Assembly (NCBI GenBank): GCA_012295275.1
Contig: CM022668.1
Span: forward strand, 1,488,001 to 1,552,000
Reading direction: 5' to 3'
Source of the DNA: Chrysomallon squamiferum
Lineage: Eukaryota > Animalia > Mollusca
DNA: 64,000 bases
Positions within the stretch are counted from its first letter, which is position 1, and each line of letters opens with the position of its first letter. Positions 39,674-49,811 of this stretch are shown here, piece by piece. The notes beneath the pieces were generated by a model, which was given only the letters and a program-made list of their open reading frames with translations, did not search any database and was not told where the DNA came from. The position numbers and the translations under genes were made by a program.

Positions 39674-42600
39674 GATATTATTATTTTTTTATTTTTATTA
39701 TTATTATTTAATTTTTGAAAGCAAAGATTCCTAAATAGTCTCACTGGTGTCATATTTTTGACGTGCTAGTCAGTTTCTTTTACCAGTTGAAAAGTCAGTT
39801 ATTGTTACTGTTTTACACTTTACTAACACATCATTTAATCTATTATAACAATGTTTGTTTTCTTAATTTTATTTTGTACTTATGATGAATCAGAGTTTAT
39901 ATGAATACCAATAATTTAATATATTTTTGTTATGATGAAATGTTTTTAGTACAAAATCAGTGTTTATATCAGCTATATTTACCTTGAAAGCACTGTACTG
40001 TGAGTCAGTGTCCCCCTGCATTGACTGCAGGTCCTGGGTTTTCTCAATAGCCTGGTCCATCCACACATCCAGGTTCTCAAGTTGTCCATAAAAACCTTCA
40101 AGTTCTGTAAACATTTCCTCAAGATGGGTGTTTTGAGAGCCAGCTTCTGTGGATGCCTGGGAAATCAGAGAAATTATTTAATTTTGTAATTATATGTATA
40201 AAATTATACACCCATGTCTTTGTTGATTTATAAATAGTTGACAAATGATAACATTCACTTTTTTCACTGCTATTTGTGTGAAATTTCAAATCATAATACT
40301 GATAATAAGACAAAGATCTAGTACAATCTAGTACAGGCTGTTTTCTCATTAATTTTACAATAACACACAGTTAAAGAACTCACCGCATCAAAGCGGACTT
40401 TGAGGTCTGATGTGTTGTATCTGAGTTTCTTGAACTGCTGCACTGCGTCGTTCTCCCTTGTGTCTTTGTTTGTCTCAATCAGCTCCTCCGCTTGTCGTAT
40501 AGCACACCTCACTACCGGCTCCTTCTGCTCTATGTCACTCTTGAGAACCTGAAACACAAACACTGTGACATTAACAAGTTATTACAGTTTTAAACTCACT
40601 AACTTTTACCTTCATTTCAAATTTATGATCATTTAAATACAAAAAAAGAAACATGAAAATTAAGAACAGTAGAAAACAACAGCAGACTCAAAACACTAGC
40701 AGAAAATTCTAAAACATCTTGTTGAGAAGAGCATTTTACATTTATTGCTTAGTAGAAGTTTGAATGAAGTGTAAAAGCAAGCATAATAAATTGTTATTTT
40801 TAATTTGTTTTGTTGATTTCAGAAGTTAATTATAGACTGTTTCATGTATTTTGCTTTCTAATAAAAGGTATTTGAAAAACATTTCTTTCTGATGATCGTT
40901 AGAATGAGACATCTGATTTAGTTTTATAAACTTCAACATTTACTTATCAGTTATTCTTTATGTGCCTACATTATTTTAATTAATTATTCATTGAGTCAAA
41001 TTTGTAATTCTGCATGTTAACTTGATAGACTGCACATTCCTTAAAGATGTTTTAAGTCACATGTAATATAGAATCGTTAGAGTTAAATATTTCCAGAACA
41101 AACTTACTTTGCTGTCTTCTTTCTGCTTCTTCAGCTTCTCCAGTTTCTCGCTAGGTTTGACTTGCTGTGCCAGCGTCTGCTCCACCTCTGTCAACCAATC
41201 AGAATTCTCCTTCACATCTACCAGAGCCCTCACTATCTCTTCATCAGACGCCAGTTCCAGCAGTCCAGTCTTTGGATTAAGTTTGACCTTTGACCCCATT
41301 GTAAGAAACCCATTAGCTAAAGCATCTCTTATTGACATCTTATGGTCGTTAGGAGCAACAAAATCTGTGCTTCTTGGGTTGACCTTTCCATTGTCTATGA
41401 GGTCTTTGAGAGTCGTTGTTGTATCAACATATTTCTCTGGATCAATCTGTGGATTAATTAATCCATCTGCAATAGCTTGTTCTATAGTCATTGCTTGACC
41501 TGACACATTGCTAATCACCTTTCCTGATTTGGGATCAAACTTCCCTCGGTCCATAAATGAGCCTAAACTGGTAACATTTCCTGTTTCGTTGTCAACAAAA
41601 TAAACATAATTAGGATTCCAGACTCCTTTGTTCTGAGCCACATCGACTGGGATGGATTGTTTGTTGTCTGCTGTGGTGTGTTTGCCTGTGTGAGGATCCA
41701 GTGTGTGAGAACAGATTGCCTCTTCCAGTGACAGTTTGTTTAGTGCAGAGAACAGAGCCACAGCAGTCTGAGGAACAAGCTTGTCTGACTTGACTGCCAC
41801 CTGCAGGGGAATTATATCACTTGTCTTTTCATCAGAATAGGCCACCATAGGAATATTTAGCGCACCACAAGTTATAGCTTCCTCAATAGACAACAGTTTG
41901 TCAGATTTTGCTACCTTTACTCCTTTCATTTTGGTATCCATGACACCACGCAGTTTCTGTAAAGTTTCTGCATGTTCAGCAACATTGGCAGCGTTGATGT
42001 ATGCAGATATCTGGCTTCCCTGTACAGCCTCACTGACAGACAACTCCTCACCACTTTCCTTCTTAATTATCTTCCCTGTTGCCAAGTTACAGCGACCATT
42101 TTTGATAGCTGATGACAGACTCATCACTCTCTGGTTGCTGATGTCGTAGAAGAACGTTGTGTCAGGGTTGATGATGTCTTGATTAACAGCTGCTTGAAGT
42201 GACATTGTCATCCCAGTGACAGTGTCAGTCACTAAGCCAGTCTCAGGGTCAAATTCTCCCCTGTCTATCAGATCACCTATACTTGATTCTTCATAGGTTT
42301 TCAGGATTTGTTTCAGGATGTTTGGCTCAATCAGCCCACAAGCTGTGGCCTCCTCTAAAGGAAGAATTTCACCATCCAAGGTGTCATATTCTGCTGTAGC
42401 AAAATTAATTATTCCTTTTTCATAGGCTTGTTCAATTGATAATGAGGTATTTGACTTTGGATCCTTAATACCCTTGGCAGTGACATCCATTCTATCTTTT
42501 AGTTTGCTGAACAAAGTGTCATTTGGATCTGGTTTAAGGCTGATATCAAGCCCATCCACTGTATCCAAATCTGGTGGCAAAAACTTTTGTTTTTTAATTT

Positions 42601-45600
42601 GTAGCTGCTGATACCGTAAAGTATTGGCATCATCTTTGTCTCTGCTTGGGTCATAAGGTCTGCCCTTGATCAAACCCCTTTTTATTGCATCTGTAATTGA
42701 CATGACCTCCCCAGTTACTGGATCTCTATAAATTCCATTCACAGGATCGATGATTCCATCTTGTATTGCACGTTTCAGAGAGATTTCCTCACCAGTGGTT
42801 GGGTCAACTATTCCAGATACTGTGAAAGCTACATCATCCAGTTCTATAGAGGTGAACACACCATTCTCCTCTGTGTCCAGTGCTGCAGGGTCAGCTATGA
42901 GGTAACCAGCTTTAATAGCATCCATCAGAGACATTTCCTCTCCAGACACTGGATTTCTGAACTTTCCAGTTTTTGGATCAATCAGTCCAGCTGCTATGGC
43001 TTCCTTGACACTGATCCACTCTCCTGATCTTGGGTCTATTACTCCTGATATTGGAATCTTTTTGGTGTCTATAGAATTCGACAGTCCAGAAATTCCATTA
43101 TGGTTGATATCACCATTGATGGCATTGTCTTTGTATTCAACGAGAATGTAACCAAGGTTGATTGCTTCTGGGATGGACACAGAATATCCAGTGTCAGGGT
43201 TGTTGTAAGTTCCCAGCCGCTGGTTCAAGATTCCCTTTGACAAAGCCTGGGATACACTGAGAATTTTGTCACTGCGAGGATCAACAACTCCAGTGATGAC
43301 AAAAGATCGAATCTCTTCAGTGACCTCAGTGGTCTCAGAGAACAAGTCACTGTCTTTTCTCACAAGTTTATCTTTCACTGTACGCTTGCGTCTAGGTGGT
43401 GCTAGCGGCTTTTTGACCTTGTGTCGCTCGTGGATGTAGATCTCTGCTGTTACTGTGGTTAATCTACTTTCTTTAGTCTGCATGTTGATGTCAACAACAG
43501 GCAGAGCTCTGAAACAGTTCACAAAGACAGTGTTAGTGTTGAAGTCTGAATAAATCTTCAAGAAGTAAATAAACAATAAAAAACTGTTTAATTACTGTCA
43601 TTTTAAATACTTAAATAATTTCAGAAAGATTTGAAAATTCAAATTTATCACTATTACAAAATAAGCTCAATTAATTATTTTTAATTTCTTCCTCTTTCTT
43701 GTTATTTTTCACGAAGTTATTTTTATTATTTTTTAAAAATGTTTTTAGTATTATATTAGTTTAAAATAGAATCTAACTTCAGATTTAATTCAAACCTTTG
43801 ACATATTTCCTATTCCAGCTACACCCCTACTGTCCTGTTTATGGAAAGGTACTTTTTTACAAACATCCACTGTTACTAATTATAATAAATTTAATAGAGC
43901 TTCTATAGTGATATTTCTCTTTTGTCTCAACATTGTGACTGACAAATTCATAATGATATTAATTCATTTATTGAAATGTTTCTGGTTACCTCTCAAAGTA
44001 AGCTTTTGAAGTGAAAGTTGGAGGGTTGTCTAGATCTGTGACTATCAGATTTTCCTCTCCTAGGTGGGATGATACATCCTTTCTGAATGTTTTGTAATAC
44101 GTCAGCAGTTCCTGCAATAAACAGCTCAACATAGTAAATGTGTCGTGTACAAAGAAAGGAGTCAGCTCTTCACTATTCACTCACAGCTAAACTGGTGTTT
44201 GATTGTTATTTATGAAACTTAAACTGACACAGGTTTCTAGAACATTAACAAAACAATCTGAAATACCCATCAAGAATCAACAAAATATTATATTTAAAAT
44301 AACTGATAAAATTTTAAAATTAATGTTTTCCTAGATGCACTATAACTAACAAAATATTTTCAGATTTTATAAAACCCATGAATATTTACAAATTTCATAT
44401 AATCAGGTGATATGCACTTTAACCAATACAATGATGACAGGCTAGAGTGACTATTAAGTTTTATCTTTTAAGTAAAGAGGAAAGTTACAGTTTTATAAAA
44501 ACAACTAAAATGTTACCATGTAGGCTCTGAATGTCCTTCCTGTTTCCTGCCATTTGTTAATGGTATTGTTCTTAAGATCTTTTTCACCTGTAAACAAATT
44601 GATATATCTGTTTACTGTTTCACTGAATAATATTAATATTATAACAATAACAATAACAAAAATACTTATAAATCTTAGTGTGTATGTGCATAGACATACA
44701 TACATACGTACATACACACACACACATATATATATTAAAAAGTTTCAGTCATGTTTTACTGAACTATACAAAATACTATTTATTAATCCTTGTTGCAATT
44801 TTAAGTTAATATATGCATGATTATATCTCCAGATTAATTTAAATATTGATATTTTAATAGTTAAAACCATTTAGTTATTTAAAGAAAACTTTTTTCCTGC
44901 AATATAACAATATAACCAGTAGATACAAATTTTTCAACTTGGATCAGTATCTAAAGATCAATGAGCTGTGAATATTATCATCTATTTCTGATCTTATGTT
45001 TTGCTTTAATACAAATTAAATCAGTTTTTGATATTTTAATTACAATATCTGTCTGACATCTAAAGAAATATGATTAACAATATGTCTTATACATAAGACC
45101 TCATAACCTTTTCTATAATAAATGTTTCAGTTGCTGTGACAGACATCTGTACTAATGATGTAAGATTTTGTGTTTACCTGGAATGGTTTGACTGAGATAT
45201 TTTCTGATGTTTGTCAGTTGACTTTTCAGTTCTGTGAATTCTTTGTCATCTTTCTTGTTAGAATGAAGCAGCTGAGAGGCCTCATTCATGAGTTTCATCA
45301 GAGAAGACTTTTGATTGGTTGAAAGCCCTTTGAACTATGTAAAAGAAAATCTGACTGGTGCATTTGTCACATATATACATGTTTAACTACATATCAAGTT
45401 GTTTAAAGAAGCTTACATGTTTTTGAGTAGTGTAAAAGATTTTAAATTATGTAAAATAAAAAAGGTTTTATATTGATATATGTTTATATTTTATGAATAG
45501 ATTATTTCATTATTTTAAAAAAGTTAGATTAATTTGAAATAATTATAACTATTTATCCAATAATATTCTAGAAAGTGGCAATAAGAAAGAAATATCAAAT

Positions 45601-48600
45601 AGTAACCTCTCTAGACTGTGTTTCCTTGGAAATGAGGATCATGAACTGAACCAGTTGTTTTCTTAGTGTGGTAAGTGTTGAGTCCCAGTTAACATAGAGT
45701 TGACATCTTAGTCTGAAAAACAGCAACTAATTATAAACCTTTTTTCATTTTCTTATTTAAAATAAATAAATAAATAAATAAACAAATGATAATAATAATA
45801 ACAATAACAATAACAATAACAATACAACAAAATAATCAAAATAAAAAACAAATCAAAATAAGTTTTCTAAGATACATATATCCAAGTATCGTTAGATAAG
45901 CTGATTATTATTGATAATATAATGCCAAAATATTAAATTTGATAAATCTGCATAAATAACACAGTTCACTGACAAATTTTTTTTACTGAAAAACATTTGA
46001 AAATTCATAAGAACATAGCTATACTATTGTTAATACAATACTACAACATAACCAGCATGGTACAGCACAATACAATAAAGATACAACATGATACAGCAAG
46101 ATAGAAAATAATGTGGTACGTTTACCTTTGTGCTGATAGGAATGATTTAGGGTCTGGAGGTGGAATAACAAGAACCACAGCTGGAATCTCTCCTTCTTTC
46201 CCATCACCTGTTCTCACCTACAACACAGAGAAATAAAACACATAAAACAGTGTTCAGTTCTCACCTTCAGTACAAACAGTTTTCAACACAGAGAAATAAA
46301 ACACATAAAACAGTGTTCAGTTCTCACCTTCAGTACAAACAGTTTTCAACACAGAGAAATAAAACACGTAAAACAGTGTTCAGTTCTCACCTTCTCACCT
46401 TCAGTACAAACAGTTTTCAACACAGAGAAATAAAACACGTAAAACAGTGTTCAGTTCTCACCTTCAGTACAAACAGTTTTCAACACAGAGAAATAAAACA
46501 CGTAAAACAGTGTTCAGTTCTCACCTTCAGTACAAACAGTTTTCAACACAGAGAAATAAAACACATAAAACAGTGTTCAGTTCTCACCTTCAGTACAAAC
46601 AGTTTTCAACACAGAGAAATAAAACATGTAAAACACGTATTTATGTGAAGGTTACACCTTCTTCTAACAACTTATCTACATTCAGTTCTCCACGTTTGTT
46701 ATGAATTAATTAAGAATGTAATAAAATATGTCTCGCATACAAAACTAGAATTAGAAAGTTAAATATCTACCTGCCAGTGTTCAGTGTCAGAGTTATCTAA
46801 CACAGTACACTCTTCTCCTTCAGACACACAGATCTGAAACAAAAACATCATCACATTAGTAACATACACACATTATATATATATTTACACACACACACAC
46901 ACATATCCACATATATCTAACTACATACATACACATACAAAAATATACAAATATGCACACACCTATTCAAATATACATATGCAGACTTAAACAAACTTAC
47001 AAAATAAACACTCCATACCTATATCTAACTACACACACATGCAAACCCATACATACAAATACACACAAAAGTTACACACACACACACACACACACAAGAG
47101 AAGTCTATTCTCACCTGCTGGTGTTGGTAGTTGACTAGTGCCTGGGCTCTGAGAGAGAAAGCTGGCAGCTCTCTGCGGTAGTAGATTGGAAACACAGACT
47201 TACTCCTCTCACACAGCGACTCCACCCTCGACTGGTAGTCCAGCAGCTGCTTTGTTATCAGCTGTTCAATTTACATGATAAATATTTCTAAATGTTGTTA
47301 AACTTATACTAAAGTTCAGAAATTCATTATAATCATTAGCATTTTCATAATATTCATGGTTATGATTCTATTTATAAATTTGTCCTCATTAATAAAATTA
47401 ATACTTTTTTTCATTAAAATTCAGACATTGTTATAATTATTAAAAAAAATTTGATTTGATTAATATTTAGCAAGATTATTATTTATTATATCATTAAAAT
47501 CATTTTATATACTATGATTTTGATTTAATGTACTGATTAATTTTGGTGGCTATAATTATTTTTGTAATTTAATCATAACTGTTACTTTTTACTTTGCAAC
47601 ATAATCATCATCATTATGAGTCATCATCACACACATCATGATCATCATTATTAACATCATCATCATTGTCGTTAATATCAAGATCATGATCATTATCACC
47701 ATTATTATAACCACCATAAACATTGTCATCATCATCATCAGGTATTTTTCTCTTGCTGTTAGACTATTTATTGCTACTTAATTAATCATGTTAGTAGTGT
47801 CAGCTTACTCTGAAGTGGTTTAACAAGAGTTGTGGTTCTTTAGTGTGTACAGGTCGTCTGAACACTTCGCTGTTCAGCCAGGACAGAAAGGTTGTCATGT
47901 CCTCATCCAGGTGTCTGACGTCATGATGAAACTGAAAAACGTTTTATACAAAAACAAAAACCATAAATACAGACAGTCTAGATGTAAGATTCCAAACAAA
48001 AACCATAAATACAGACAGTCTAGATGTAAGATTCCAAACAAAAACCATAAATACAGACAGTCTAGATATAAAATAAAATATCACATAGATGGAGATATCT
48101 TGAAGAAATTTTTAAGAAGTAATCAATTAATTAGCAAATTAATAAATTTTAGGAAACAATGAAGATTTTCAAAAGCTATTTTGATGACATAAATATTTTA
48201 CAATTTCAACAGTCTTGTTAAAGTTGTTTTTTACTTGTTTTTTTTCAAATGGGTGGGTACAAAGTAAGCAAAATATAACAATGTATCTTCAGTAAAAGAA
48301 ACGTTTAATTGAAATTTATAAAACAGAAGTACTCTGATATTACTGTAAGCAAATTTAAAATATAAAATAACAATGGCATGTAGTAGTCGTAATAATAAAT
48401 TTTCCTCAAGTTGGACTTTTCTATTTACTGAAGTCAGACTGAAAAGAACAACAACACGATATTCCATAAAAAGTATCTGAATCTTGCTGTTATCAAGACA
48501 AAGATTAAAACAAACATCTAGCTGGTGTGTGTACCTGGTGAAACTGTGCAGCGTTCGTCAGGTGAATGTCCACACATTTATTGAGTTCTGCCAACCAGCG

Positions 48601-49391
48601 CCAGCTTGATCTGAGAGCATACACACAGTTCTGAAATCAATTTTATTTTAAATAAATTTAGAAGCAGAAATAGATAAAGCAAATTTATTTCAAAATGTGT
48701 GGGGTGTGTGTGTGGGTGTGGGTATGTAAAATTATTTTAATTAAACATTAACGTTTAAATGAATCTTGAATTTTAACCCATACAGATAATATAATTAATT
48801 TCAGTAATTTATTTGGAAATGAAAGTTTGATGCTGATACAGATAAATACATTTTGTTGTTGCTTTCTAAATAAAGGATAGAGATAAATGATGTAGAAATA
48901 TTTAAAATTTTAAACTTGATAATTCAATTAATTGTTTTGGAGATATATGATTTACTTTTTCAGTATAAATGTAAATGTATTTATTCTCATGTTTTTACTT
49001 TGTGCATTCTGGAGGCCTCAGTGAGGTCTTCATCTCGGTAGACACTTTCAAACACTTTTGGTCGTCTGCTCAGGTAAAGAGCTCGATCCTCCATGTCAGT
49101 TTGAACATTCTGGAAAAAAACAAAAACAAATGAAATGTCACAAACCTAGTTACTTCTCTTACACTGACCAAATTTCTTTTTATTCGAATATTGTTTTTCC
49201 TTCTTTAAAAACCCACAAAAACAAACAGAAATAAAAAAGTTAAAAGAAAAGCGTCACAAACCTGGAAGAGATTTTCAACTTCGCTGACGTACAAAATGGT
49301 CTCCAGACATCTTTTTTTCTGCAGAGATGAGTCCTGTAAGTAACAACAACACTTAGTTTTACTGACTCCAGACTCACCGTCACACACAATA

Positions 49392-49443
<52 letters not shown>

Positions 49444-49444
49444 G

Positions 49445-49486
<42 letters not shown>

Positions 49487-49558
49487 GTACTACTACTACT
49501 ACTACTACTACTACTGCTACTAATACTACTACTACTACTGCTACTAATACTACTACTG

Positions 49559-49604
<46 letters not shown>

Positions 49605-49668
49605 AAGTCCTGCAAGTAACAACAACACTTAGACTTTACTGACTCCAGACTCATTGACACACACAGTA

Positions 49669-49718
<50 letters not shown>

Positions 49719-49751
49719 ATACTCATACTAATACTGCTACTACTGCTACTG

Positions 49752-49811
<60 letters not shown>

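Noticed and set aside
41109-43027. + strand ORFs opposite large exons (also 38746-38973, 15119-15301, 9622-9840)
   Set aside because: Antisense shadows of spectraplakin coding exons
46221-46638. Regular 63-bp repeats (also the 26-bp and 44-bp arrays) as a CRISPR array or repeat protein
   Set aside because: No unique spacers; eukaryotic intron; + strand ORFs arise only because the unit is a multiple of 3
49380-49628. Poly-Val ORF and other low-complexity ORFs (poly-Y, N, I, HT)
   Set aside because: Microsatellite translations
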